DNA of 64,000 bases from Callorhinchus milii (lineage: Eukaryota), in assembly GCF_018977255.1 (NCBI RefSeq), contig NW_024704743.1, forward strand, positions 63,552,001 to 63,616,000, written 5' to 3'. The notes below the pieces were generated by a model that saw only the letters and a program-made list of their open reading frames with translations, made no database searches and was not told the origin of the DNA. How positions within the stretch are numbered: the first letter of the stretch is position 1; each line of letters starts with the position of its first letter. This document shows positions 24,558-37,387 of the stretch, in pieces. A program made the position numbers and the translations under genes.

Positions 24558-24588
24558 CTGGATTGGCCATATTTCGTTGGATTTGGAG
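24558..24588 (-). CDS. EPB41L4B: EPB41L4B coding microexon (~exon 13, 31 bp): APNPTKYGQSS
   Basis: tctttgcag acceptor, gtagga donor, phase 1/2 bridges neighbours; AxNP start as in human ASNPV. Confidence 0.85.
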
Positions 24589-25280
24589 CTGCAAAGAAAC
24601 AGATTGTAAATTGGTAGATGGCAAGATCATTAAGCATATCAAACGCAGTGCTACTCTGTGTGCCTGATTCTGGCTTAGTATGAAGACCTGCCCACTAAAT
24701 GCAGAAGGTAATGTGTATTACAATGTGTTGAGATGCTGAAGTGGCTTCCTACCTTTTGAAGTTACACTATGAATTGCAAATGTATTGACACGTTTGATGG
24801 TCATGCAGACGCCCCTATGCGCTAAATGAAATTGGAATGGGTAAGGTAGGGCTTCCTGCTGTAGCTTGGGAGATACCTGGGCCCCTTCTTTAAAGTCTAC
24901 TCAAAACTCGACCATGCTTCACATGCATCCAAACTATTCAACAGGAGGGGAAAGTAGACACAGGATCAAAATGTCAGTAGACAGGATTTCTGACCTGACA
25001 AAATCACAGGGACAATAAAATCACAACTCATAAGGACCCCATCATATCCAAAGTACATATATCTGTGGAAGAAATGTCAATCTGCTCTCAAACATGTACT
25101 CCGTAATAGACCCTAGGGCACTTCAGAATGCACATTTACATGTGTTTATGTACATCTGTACATCAAGCGCTCTGGGACACTATCCTCCCTGCATGAGGGT
25201 GGCTAAATAAAGGTAAATTGTTGTTAATGGACACTTATGCCTTGGTTCAGAACCCTTGAAGCAAACCATCAAATCTTTGT

Positions 25281-25362
25281 CAAAACGCAAAATACCACAG
25301 ATGCTGGAACTCTGAAACAAAAACAGAAGTCACTGGGAACACTCAACAGGTCAGGCAGAATC
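25281..25362. mobile_element. Penelope-like element terminal-repeat fragment
   Basis: cagatgctggaactctgaaacaaaaacagaa...ctcaacaggtcaggcagaatc resembles chondrichthyan Penelope terminal repeats as recalled; not database-verified. Confidence 0.55.
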
Positions 25363-25818
25363 AAATCTTTGATTCTGGTCTATTTGTTTCATTCTGCCCC
25401 ATGGCACTTTCACATCAAATTGATCAGTTTTCGTGATCGAAAGTGTGACAAAATGGTTTCACAAGCTGCTCAAATCTCGAAGAAATAAGTAGTACTTGGC
25501 AATCAAAATGATCAATGTTCCCATCAATAACGGTTCATATAATCGTCACGATTCACAAGTCTACGAAGAACATCCTGATATTAAATGAAAATTCAATCCA
25601 TATATTTTTATTATGTATATATATATTTATTTGAATGAACAATGTAGAGTTTCTCTTCTTCCCCCAAACCCTGGAATCCCCTCATTCTTATGAAAATGGT
25701 CACAATACTGGAAGGCTCTTAAAGTTTTAAATAAAAAATGAATCATTATTGCAAAATTCTTTGTAATGTAAGATTTAAATGCAAAGAAAAGGAAGGAGTG
25801 AGGTCAGGCACACAATAC

Positions 25819-25928
25819 CTTTCACTGTGGAATGCCTCCGTGAGGGGTAGCGTTTGCTCGGGCGTCTTTCAAATGTACTCGCCCGACGTAATCTACTCTT
25901 GTGTGTTGCTTCATATTCAGTCCTGCCA
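25819..25928 (-). CDS. EPB41L4B: EPB41L4B coding exon (~exon 12, 110 bp, FERM-adjacent domain): GRTEYEATHKSRLRRASTFERRPSKRYPSRRHSTVK
   Basis: tatttcag acceptor, gtattg donor, phase 2/1. Confidence 0.96.
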
Positions 25929-26020
25929 CTGAAATAAAGAATGGGTTGCTTTTACAGAAGCAGTGTTATGGACACAGGATAAAGGAGAAACAAAAGAATC
26001 AGTACATCATGAAACTGTAC

Positions 26021-26190
26021 CTGAACCTAAAGCGAGAACCCAAACGCATCAAATCCGACCGCCCCGCTTTGCTTTGGGTAGGTGCTCGCAGTCTGAAAAA
26101 GGCATGGTTCTCCACGGCACATCTCCACAAGTGCTTACAGGCTTTGGAATTATCTAGCCGGAAAACAAACGTATGCTCCTGTTCCCTACC
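26021..26190 (-). CDS. EPB41L4B: EPB41L4B coding exon (~exon 11, 170 bp): [57 protein letters not shown]
   Basis: ccttttgacgaaag acceptor (AAG), gtacag donor, phase 0/2; end of FERM C lobe and start of FA domain. Confidence 0.96.
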
Positions 26191-26960
26191 CTTTCGTCAA
26201 AAGGGAGGGGTATAGGTGGAGGGAGGGGAAAGAGAAAAAGATGTTGAGATGAGAAAGCCCTTCCTGATATCTTGGGAATATTTTGCTTCGAATGAAAAGC
26301 TACTTTGAAAGCAACAAATGTTTTGGACAATGCAGCTGACAAGAATGCATTACAACCCAACTATTACATGCACTGAACTTTTCTGTAGCATTTCACCTTT
26401 AACTTCCTTAAAGTTGCCCTATTCTACAATGTTGTGCACCAGCCTCTCATGATACATGACTTGATTCTAGACCTCCACCAATGGAACAGCTCGTGCAATG
26501 GATGGGGTACAGTGGCGGAGCTGAAAACCATTTATCATCAGATTTCATTGCTTACCTGTGAGCCAACAGCTTACTACTACATTCCCTTCAGAGTGGTTGC
26601 TCAGATAAAGGGTGTAAACCAATGCTTCAACACACTCTAATGCACCAACAGTCAAGTCTACTACACCAACTAGTTTAATGCACCAACTGATGCTGCCCAC
26701 TGCACTAACAGTTGGGTTAGGCTACAGAAAACCTGCTCGTGAAAATATCTTTTTGTACTTTTTAAGAAATTTCACTTATTTTAAAACATAAAAGGGAGCT
26801 TTGTGAATCAAATTTAACCATTGGCAAAGGATTAAAATCACCCAGAAAGGTCTGATTTTGGACTATTATTAGCCATCAAGAGAATGAATCATTCCTGTGC
26901 AGGATTCAACTAACTGGGTTCTTGTGCACTGTTACCCAGATCTGGCAAAGAGCTACTCAC

Positions 26961-27030
26961 CTGCTCATCATCCTCCACGACAATAAGAGTTAATTTGTTC
27001 TTTTTGAAATCAAGGCGGGTGATTTTAGGC
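26961..27030 (-). CDS. EPB41L4B: EPB41L4B coding exon (~exon 10, 70 bp): [23 protein letters not shown]
   Basis: tgtttag acceptor, gtgagt donor, phase 2/0. Confidence 0.97.
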
Positions 27031-27136
27031 CTAAACAAAACATAAAAAGCACTTTGTCCACAGGAAAATAAACAGTTTTGTCAGCATGCACTTTTCAAAC
27101 AACGTTAAATTTAAACACAACAAAAGATTCATTTAC

Positions 27137-27225
27137 CAAAAGAACAGGCCTATTTTGTTTGATCCTTCAAAGACCAAGATGCCTGTTGGTGTCAATCCAA
27201 GGGAATACTCATAACCGTCTCTTCC
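27137..27225 (-). CDS. EPB41L4B: EPB41L4B coding exon (~exon 9, 89 bp): [30 protein letters not shown]
   Basis: tctctatag acceptor, gtaaat donor, phase 0/2. Confidence 0.97.
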
Positions 27226-27314
27226 CTATAGAGAACAGCAATTACAGAAGGGATTAGGTTTCACATAGTCCACTAACAATTTATTTTTTAAAAATGTCTT
27301 CCAACTAAACTTAC

Positions 27315-27402
27315 CTTTACAGTGTGCATATCCACTCCATACATTTCTAGCCACTTGGCTTTGTTTAAGAAACACAATTCTGCTTGTGCTGGGCTTCTTC
27401 CC
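27315..27402 (-). CDS. EPB41L4B: EPB41L4B coding exon (~exon 8, 88 bp): [29 protein letters not shown]
   Basis: ttcctag acceptor, gtaagt donor, phase 2/0; FERM LEMYGV motif. Confidence 0.97.
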
Positions 27403-28691
27403 CTAGGAATATATAAAAAAATTAAGAACATTGTCGCATCTAATTAGAGCTTTGAAAGGAAACAAGGACAAATTCTCCCCAAGAATCCTAGTTGGTTGAA
27501 TGTTTGAGACTTTGAATCAAAGGCTTCTGAGTTTAAATCCCAATCAATGCACTGAGAGAGTTTAAGTTCATTGAATCAAGAAGAGAAAGAGTCAAATATC
27601 TCTTGAAGTGGCTCAGAGGAAACAAATCTCACAAAGCTCCACAGCAGTTTAAGGAAATACTCAGTGATCTCAGCCTGCAGATTCAAACCTTAGTATGGCT
27701 TAGTATTCAAACTTAGTATTCAAACCTTAGTATGGCTGAATAAGTTGCATTGTTACCAATAACTAATAATACAAAAATAGATTCAGTTCATATCACAGCA
27801 AGATCTTATCTGTTTCTGGATCAAATTCCTCTGGAGCTACTACAATTCCCCATAAAAAGCTGTGCATCAGTTAATGTACTATTATATCAGTACTCATCAT
27901 GTCCCTTGTGCACTCTACACTAAAGTGGAAACAGTTCCGTAGAAGTGAAGATGGGAAGGTTAGATGCTCATTTTGCATGAAATGAATTATTCCCACTTTG
28001 GGCAACTCAGAAACCATAGATATCAGATGTTATAGAATCTGTATTTTGGGCTTTCCTATTTGGACAAGGCTGCCTTGAGGTAAATGCCCCACCAGAAAGA
28101 AAAATTGGAAGAAATATTTTAAAAAGGCTTTTTATTGCAAATTTTATTGCTAGTTCCTAGTTACTTGGTTACCAAAATGCATTGCCAACAACAATAAGTG
28201 ATCTTGAATCAGCATTGAAAGTGAAACATGAATCTATTTCCCCAGTTGCTATAAATAGCCACCCTGGATGTGATGAGAGAGCTAATGTAATTTAATCCAT
28301 TGCATAGACCGTCCCCAAACCAATTTCATTTAGTCACATTCAATTGTTGCATAATTTCCATGTATACCACTGCTCCCCAGTTTAGATTTAATTTGCTGTT
28401 TTCTAAGGATTTAAATATGACACAAGATGCATAAATTCTAGAATACTGTTCTTCAGATAATATTCTGTGTGGATTTGTACAAGAAACTTGAGGCAAGAAA
28501 TGTTTGGGTGATTTAGCGACTTTGAAAATAAGTGACATTGAATCACCAGCACTGAAAGTGAAACATGAATCTATTTCCCCTGTTGATATAAATAGTCACT
28601 TGGGTTGTGATGAGAGAGCTAATATAATTTAATCCATTGTGTAGAACGTCCACTATCGTCTTCCCACTCATCCTATCATCAAAGTCATTAA

Positions 28692-30910
28692 AAACATAGA
28701 AACAAGAGAAGACCATTCAGCCCCTCGAGCCTGTTCCGCCATTCTATAAGATCATAGCTGATCTATACCTCAATTCCAATTACCCACCTTTGCTCCATGA
28801 GCCTTAATACCCTGACCTAACAAATATCTATCCTCCTCAGACTTGAAAATGTGAATGGATCCAGCATCCATAGCTTTTTGGGGAAGAGAGTTCCAGATTT
28901 CCACTGGCCTTTGGATGTTAAACTGCCTCCTGATTTCATTCTTAAATGGCCTAGCTCTAATTTTAAGATTATATCCCCCTGTTCTGGATTCCCCCAGCAC
29001 AGGAAATAGTTTCTCTCTATCTCCCCAATCGAACGAAAACTTTAATCAGATCACCCCTCAACCTTCTGAACTCAAGGGAATAGAGACCAAGTTTATGCAA
29101 CCCGTTCTCATAATTTAACTTTTTAAGCCCTGATATCATTCTGGTGAATCTGTGGTGCACCCCCTACACAGCAAATATATTCTTTCTGAGGTGCAGTGCC
29201 CAAAATTGAACCCAGTACTCCAAATTGGGTCTGAACAAGGCTCTATACAGTTGAAGCATCATTTCCTCTTCTTTAAAATTCTCGCCCCCTTGAGATAAAG
29301 GCCAACATCCCATACACTTTTTGATAACGTTTTGTATCTGTGAGCTTGTTTTTAGTGATTTGTGTACGTGGACACCCAAATCCCTTTGCTCCTCCACAGT
29401 TATAATAATAATAATCCTTGCATTTGATATGGCGCTTTTCACGTCTTCTTGGCATCTCAAAGCGCTTCACAGAATAGACTGTAAAGTGAATTGACTGTAT
29501 ATTTGTGAGAGAAATGCAGCAGCCAATTGCGCACAGCAGTGTCACACAAACAGTCGTAGATTGAAGTGACCAATTTATTATTGTTTTGTTTGGAGGGATT
29601 ATTATACGGCGTGTGGAGTAAGGAAACTAGCCCAAGGTTTCGCCCTGCCGGGAAGTGAACCCAGGTGTCTCGCTTGCAAAGCGGGTGCTCTAACCACTGA
29701 GCTACAGAACTCCACAGTTCTCTTACCATTTAGAAAATATTCTGTTTTGCTATTTTTGGATCGTAGTGAATGACCTCACACTTCCCCGCACTGAATTCCA
29801 TCTGCCACAGTCTTGCCCACTGACTTAATCTGTCTAAGTCCCTTTGCAACTTCCTGCTCCTATTTACCCAATTTACTGTGTCTCCTAACTTTGTGTCATC
29901 TGCAAATTTTGATATAAAACTCCATTTCTTCATCCAAGTCATTTAGTACAGACCTCTGGGGAAGACCACTTGTCACATCCCACCAATCAGAGAACATTCT
30001 TCTTATTCTTACTCTTTGCTTCCTGCCTCCCAACCAATTTCCAAGCCACCTCGCAAATTTACCTCCGATTCCATTTTTGCTAATAACCTCTTGTGCGGAA
30101 CCTTATCAAATGCCTTCTGAAAGTCATGTATACGACAACTACAGACACTCTCTTATCCACCAAGTCAGAGACCTCCTCAAAAAATTCAATTAGATTCATC
30201 AGACATGATCTACCCTTCACAAATCCATGCTGACTCTTTGATTAGCTCATACTTGTCCAAGTGCTCAGTCGCTCTAGCCCTGGTGAGAGATTCCAGTAAC
30301 TTCCCCACAGCTAAAATAAAGCTGACAGTTCTGTACTTACCTGGTTTCTCTCTCCTTCCCTCCCTCCCTCCCTCCCTCAAGAATGGAATGACATTTGCAA
30401 TTTTCCAATCCAAGAGCACAATTCTCGAATGTAGAGAGTTTGGGAAAATTATGACCAATGCACCTGTAATTTCCTTCCCTACTTCTGTAATACTCTGGGA
30501 TGAAGTCCATCAGGTCCTGGAGATTTGTCTATCTTTTGACTATCCATTACGATGTTTTAATTTATCTTAAATCCATTTAATACTTCTCTTTGACTTAATT
30601 TTAGGGTCCCTTGTACTGCTGGTAATTTGTCATCTTCCTCTACTGTGAAAATGGAAGCAAAGTATTCATTCAACAAGCCTGCCATTTCCTTATTCAATAT
30701 AGTTTCACCTACATCTGTCTTTAATGGGCCCAAATTCTCCTTTGCCACTCTCTTTCTCTTAATATTTATAAAAACTTTCACTATTGTTCTTGATATTCCT
30801 TGCAAATTTTTCTCATATTCCCTTTTTGCACCTCTTATCAAATTCTTTGTATTTCTTTGTTGCTTCTTAGAAGTTTCCCAGTCGGCTGGATTTCCACTTT
30901 TTTTTGCATA
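28692..30910 (-). mobile_element. CR1 LINE, 5'-truncated, with SINE insertion at 29402-29715
   Basis: KFADDTKLG, PGKYRTVSF, LYRALFRPNLEY, EIWNSLPQ; CR1 3' UTR at left end. Confidence 0.93.
29402..29715 (-). mobile_element. tRNA-derived SINE (older copy) nested in CR1
   Basis: Reverse complement of the SINE at 15288 with more substitutions. Confidence 0.92.
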
Positions 30911-33204
30911 GGGGGTATGTCTTTCACACTAACTGCTCTGCGTAGCAAGAGTAATTCCACCTGCATAACTCAAACAATGCTTTTATAATTGTTAGTGTAG
31001 CATAGCAGAAAGTCAAAGTTATTATGGCAGTACAACTAAGAAATGAAGATTATATTTCTGGGGCAAGAAGGCACAGTAGATTTGCAATGTTTTGCAGTTA
31101 GATTAAAATAACTGTTCCAGACTAATAGCCCCTATGCAAGGATTTAAAGACGAGGACTCAAATTAATGCTATTTTAAATATAGTTTTCACTGTTTGTTGA
31201 ATTTGGAATAGATTGTTGAGAATTAGAAAATAGCTAATTTAACTCAATCGTTTAAAAGAGGCTTGAGATGGACAATCTTGACCAGCAAGTTTAACATTAA
31301 TTGTAGGCCAAAGGCGTCAAAGAATTTGCTATAATGTATAGTCACTATACTTTGTAGGCGAATGCAGCAAACAATTTGCACGCAGCAATGTGCCACGATC
31401 AACCATAAAAATGAATGACTAATTTTATCTGGGGGGTTGTTGGTAGGCCTCCAGTAGAAACATCCTTTTTTTTTGAACAGGCAGATGTGACCACAGTTTC
31501 ATGTTTTGTCCAAAGGAAATAACAAGGATAAATGCAATCAATAACAAGGAAATAACAAGGGTGAATGAATGCAGATTCAGAAGGATTTAGATTTTTTTTT
31601 TACTGTGCTTATATACAGCTCTGATGATTCATAGACTTAGAGGCCATTTAGCCCATTATGTCTGTCAGTACTAGCTTCCCCAATGGAGCCAGCTATTCTA
31701 ATTGCAATTCCCTGCTCTTTCGATGTGAAAAATAGTTTGTATTGGAGCAAGGCACCAAAAGGGAGTGAGTATTGGAACAGCATGCATAATGCTGATCATA
31801 AAAGATTTAGAGGTTACTCTGTATAAAATGATAAAGAGTGCTTTGTGGTAGGAAAAAAAGAGTTCAATTGTTACTGTACAAGCGTTGGTCAGACCCCATC
31901 TGGAGCACAGTATGTAGCATTGGTTACCTCATCTTCGGAACACAAACAGATGAGACTGACTAATTGATTTGTAACTCTGCGACTATACATTCCAATCCTC
32001 TATGGAGGGCAGATTTATTTGAGAAGATTAATAAAAACAAATTAATCTTAGGGAGGATATTATTGTCATTGATGGGGAGAGTACAGAGGGCAGTAAACAA
32101 AATGATACAGGTCTTAGGATTCTGAATGATTTGTTCTCTTGACCTGAATGTGAGATAGCCTGATTGATGTCTTCAGGATTACGAGGGGAATGGGTAAGAC
32201 TGATCTGGCCATATTGTCCAGTATATTGATAATTTCTGACATAAACATACAAGTTTAAAAATTAGTTTAAAAATAAGGGGAGGGGAACAAACAAGCGAAT
32301 TGCTCTACATTAAGGACATTAGACTTTGCGAGAATTATTATTAGACTTGTGCACCACTTAACAGGGAAGGGCTTTCAAGCAGTCAGTATAAATGTGCAAC
32401 TGAATGCATTTCTGGAAAAAGAAGTGATTTGAAAGATTCCAGTAAGAATGTTTAGGTTTAGGTATGTTAGGTTTGGGAAATGCAGTGAAGAAGCTACAGG
32501 GATTTGGGATTAGGATGGATGGCTTCTTGGAGGAGTAAGCACTGATAAGAAAAAATAATATGGCCGAATTACCTCCTACTGTGTTGTACATTTCTATGGC
32601 TCTAAATAGAAATTTTAACTCTGCTGTAGAAAGGGTTAGGTTTACATTGCAATCTGACTACACCAGGTTTGATCTGAGGGAGGTAGAGCCCACACTTGGT
32701 AATAACCCTTCAGCTTTCCAGCATTGCCACTTTGTCTTGAACACAGAAAAACACTTACAAATGTATTGCTAATGTCTTGAGATATTAATGTATTAAACAG
32801 GTGGAATTATAATCACTGAAATTCACTATTTATGCATGTCTTCTTAATAACTTAATTATTAATTCCTCAACTGTTAGCAATGAGCCAAAGGCTTTCTCTC
32901 CCTCTCCAAATGTGTGAGAAGAGTAAAGGAGGAGACAAGCATTGGTCATCCTCTTTGACCTGATATGTATCACCAGAACTGCATTAACAAAATTTAGATT
33001 AGAATTTTTTTGGGAGGTGGGGGCGGGCTGGAGAAACAATAAGATGAACTCAAAAATAATTTAACCATTCACGAAGCTAATGCACCAACAGAAAGGGATC
33101 AAATACTAGCACCAAAATATATCATACAATACTAAATCAATTTACATTTATATGGTGCATTTAATTTTGGGGTGAAGTCCCACAACGCTGGACAGTTTAA
33201 GGTT

Positions 33205-33743
33205 TCTACCTCACATCCGTGCCATGACCTGCTTTGCCTTACCCCACCTCCGCAACATCGCCCGGCTTCACCACCGCCTCACCCCTCAGGCTGCCAAAAC
33301 CCTCATCCATGCATTCATAACATCTAGGCTCGACTACGCTAACTCCCTGCTTGTCGGCCTTCCCAACTCTTCCCTCCCCAAGCTGCAGATCATCCAGAAC
33401 TCTGCAGCTCGTGTCCTCTCCCGCAACAGGGGGTGTCTTGCCCCACCTTATCTTTGTGACCTGCAGATCCCATATCAACCTATCCGCTCCCTCCACTCAG
33501 CAGGCTGTGGCCTGATCCACGCCCCCCGTCCGACCCACCCCACCATCAGTGACCGGGCCTTCAGCCTTTCTGCCCCCACCCTATGGAACTCCATGCCACA
33601 TCCCCTTCGCCTCGCCCCTCCCTTGCCTCCTTGAAGGCGAATCTCAAAACCCTCCTCTTTGACCGAACCTTCGGCCACCCTCCTACCCTCCCTGCCCTCC
33701 ACCCTCTCGACCCCCAGTTCAGGTCCAAATCCCTGACTGCCCA
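33205..33743 (+). mobile_element. L2-clade LINE 3' fragment
   Basis: HLRNIARL, FITSRLDYANSLLVGLP, LQIIQNSAARVL. Confidence 0.9.
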
Positions 33744-34552
33744 GGGATGCAACCAAAGTTACTATGGGAGGCATGGGTACAAATAGTGGAGGCTTTGGCT
33801 ACAATTTTTCAATCCTCGTTGGACGCAGGAGTGGTGCCAGAGGACTGGAGAGTGGCCAATGTGACTCCCCTGTACAAAAAGGGACAGAAGGACAAACCTG
33901 GGAACTACAGGCCAGTCAGCCTAACATCAGTAGTGGGGAAACTCCTGGAGACTATAATCCAGGACAGAATAAATCTTCACTTAGAAGAATATGGGTTAAT
34001 TAAGCATGGATTTGTTGAAGGCAAATCTTGTCCAACAAATCTAATAGAATTTTTCGATGAGGTAACGGAGAGGGTGGATTTTCAAAAGGCATTTGACAAA
34101 GTGCCACATGAAAGACTTGTAAGAAAGATAGAAGCCCATGGTATAAAAGGGACAGTGGCAGCATGGATCCAGAACTGGCTGGGAGACAGAAAGCAGAGTT
34201 GTGGTGAATGGCTGCTTTTCTGACTGGAGGGAAGTGTATAGTGGGTGTGTCAGTGACTTGAGGTCACAGATTCAAAATAGTATCTGAAAGAAGCAGAGGG
34301 GAGGTGAGAAGACATTTTTTCACACAGCGAGTTGTTCGAATCTGGAACGCATTGCCTGAAAGGGTGGTCGAGGCCGATTCGATAACTACTTTTAAAAACG
34401 CGGTGGATGGGTATTTGAAGAGGACGGGTTTGCAGGGTTATGGGGAAAGGGCTGGGGAGTAGGATTGACATTAATTGCTCTATTCAAAGAGCCGGCACAA
34501 ACTCGATAGGCCGAATGGCCTCTTTTTGTGCTGTACAATTCTATGATTCTAA
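33744..34552 (+). mobile_element. CR1 LINE fragment with internal deletion
   Basis: VPEDWRVANVTPLYKKG, NYRPVSLTSVVGK, DFQKAFDKVPHERL; tail ttctatgattct. Confidence 0.92.
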
Positions 34553-36004
34553 GATTCAAAGCTTCAAATTCAAACTAATCAAGAATTTTCCACAAGTATC
34601 TTTTTTGACAAAAGAGAACAGACTAGGTCGAATTTAAAGGCTAAAGTGAGGAAAAATCAAGTTGATCCTCAGGTGGAGATATTGCAAATCTGCACTTTGT
34701 AACCATATATTTTCATTGAAATTGCATGTGGGACATTCATTTGGGTGCTCCCTGTAATTAGCTTTGCAGCCATTTCATAAAATAGAGCAATGGAGCCTTG
34801 GTGCTATTTAAAGTTACAGCCATAATGTCTTTTTCAAATTCAGGTTAATATTAAAAATTAGCCTTTTGCAGACCGACTAAAAGGATCGTCATCAATTGAA
34901 GCTGGACTATTTTAATATTCTTCATAAAACAAACATCTATTGGCCTTTTAAATGTCCACATTCAGAAATGTAAGAGTTTGAAAAGAGCATTTAAATAATT
35001 TTAATATGAATGTGTCGATCAAAGTGGCAACTGTTTAACTAGGTCTTTGAGATTAACAGAATTTTATTATAGAGATTACAAGTTGGAAGTATGAATCTGC
35101 CGGATGACATTACAGTAACTGTAGTGTGTGCTCTCTATCAAAATTTAGAGGCTGAAGTTTGGTTAAATTTTTCTTGTATGAAGCAGCAATGGAGAAAATC
35201 AGCATAGTATGTTGGAGATAACAGGTTTCAGTAAGTTGGAGTACTACAAAGTAAAGGTTTATATATTATAAGATATATATAGGTAACCCAGCCACATTTG
35301 TTAATATACAATCCAACTATTTTAATTTAAATGAAGAGAAAAATCCTCACTTGGAATCTCTGATTTAAAATGGGGTCTTGTTGGATCCAGAGCTAGCAGA
35401 GCCAGTAGTGCGGTTCCACATTTTTACCTCCTAAAACTCACTATTTAGCCAACAATCTATACAAGTGCAAGTAATAGTGATTGTTGTTTTGCTAGATGCA
35501 CTTGGAGACAGGTTTACTTTTAGAGAGAATCTAGTAATATAAAAACAGTAGCAAAGGTTATTTCAAACTATTCCTATTGAAATTATTTCACTCAGAAGCA
35601 TGTCGCTTCCAAACCACAGGACAAAACTAATCCATTGTTTTAGAAGTATTTTGTGGATTCGTTGAGACAAACCAACAATAAATGCAATTAGCCCCCACAT
35701 TACAAGTTGACACTTTACAACCCAATTTACACCACATCTGTGAATTCTTGTTTGTTCTGAATTTCCAGCTGCTTTGAATTGAAAAGATCAGCATGAAGTC
35801 TGTGATGGGTTTAAAACCAGCTCTGAAGTAATTGGATTTCAATCAGCCTTTTCTCCTACCTCACCTTATCTCAGTAATCAGATTGCTTCTCTGCGCGTAC
35901 ACTGCTTGGAGCAGAGGTGATGTGAAATGATTTAACGTCAGCTAGATGTTTTAATTTCCTCAAAGGCTTTTCCTCCCATCTCAGTGGGCCACTGGTGGTG
36001 TACC

Positions 36005-36993
36005 GCAAGTCTCCATCCTTGCCCGCTTCTTTTTCTCATTTACATGCTCCCTCTCAGCAATGTAATCCGCAAATATGGGATTTGTGGATGACAATCAAAT
36101 CTACTTCTCCAGCTACGATCCCAGGTCCACCGATGTTCTGTCCTCTTGCTTGTCAGACATCAAGGCCTGGATGTGCACCAACTTTCTGAAGCTCAATGTT
36201 GAGAAGACGGAAGCCAAATCGTTGGCTCCAACCTCCTTAACCTCCCCAGCCTATCCCTCACCTACCGACTCCAACTTCTGTAACCTCCCCACCCTATCCC
36301 TCACCTACCGACTCCGACCTCCGTAACCTCCCCGATCTATCTCTTACCGACTGAAGTTATGCAGAATTTAGGTGTCGGGTTCGATCCCCAGCTGTCTTCC
36401 TACCCCACAACCAGTCCCTGACCAGGACCTTTTCCTTATCCACATATCAGTTACCTTCCATCACCTTGCTTATTACAATGCCCTCCTCGCTGGGCTCCAC
36501 AGCTCCACCATTCATAAAATCTAATTAATTCACAACTCTGCTGCCCATAAACTTACCCACATCAAACTCCACACCCCATCACCCAGTCCTTGCCAGGCTC
36601 CTCTGACTCCCTAATGCAGAATGGATCAAGTTCAAGATCCTCACACTTGTGTATCACTTCATGCCCTGAAACCTCCCTACTCTCTGACCTACTCATACCC
36701 CACTATGTGTCGCCTTCCCTCAGCTGGTTTTGGTCTCCTGTACATTCCTCGTCCCCTCCTCTCCACAGTCGGCTGCCGTGCCTTCAGCCACTAAGCCTTG
36801 AAACTATGGAACTCTCTGCCTTGCCTCCTCCTTGCCCGTCTTCAGATCACACCTGAAGACCTTCCTCTTCGACCATGACTCCTTCCCCTCTCTGCTCTCC
36901 CCGGCTGGTTGTCAAGCTCTGTGAAACTGTGTTAAGATCTCCAAGATCCTACCCTGTGTGAAAGGTGCTATAAAATTGCAAGTTATTGTTGTT
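36005..36993 (+). mobile_element. Degenerate L2-clade LINE fragment (second family) containing a 43-bp tandem repeat
   Basis: VDDNQIY, CLSDIKAWMCTNFLKLNVEKTE; tail ggtgctataaaattgcaagttattgttg. Confidence 0.85.
36238..36351 (+). repeat. 43-bp tandem repeat, ~2.6 copies
   Basis: taacctcccc recurs at 36238, 36281, 36324. Confidence 0.85.
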
Positions 36994-37062
36994 CAGTCAG
37001 GTCAATAAATTCAACCTGTACTCCATTTCCTAGTGTAAACAAACTACATACAGACTACATTT

Positions 37063-37387
37063 GTGGAGTCCTGTAGCTCAGTGGTTAGAGCACTCGCTTT
37101 GCAAGCGAGAGACCTGAGTTCAATTCCAGGCAGAGGGCGAAACCTTGGGTAAGTTTCCTTACTCCACACAGAGCCTAATAATAATCCCTCCAAAACCAAA
37201 AACAATAATAAATTGGTCATTTTCAATCTACGACTGTTTGTGGGACATTGCTGTGCGCAATTGGCTGCCGCGTTCGCCCACAAATATACAGTCAATTCAC
37301 TTTACAGTGTGTTCTGTGAAGCGCTTTGGGACGTCCTCCCGACGTGAAAAGCACTATATCAAATGCAAGGATTATTATTATTATTAT
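37063..37387 (+). mobile_element. Young tRNA-derived SINE, full length
   Basis: Near-identical to 15288 copy. Confidence 0.95.
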
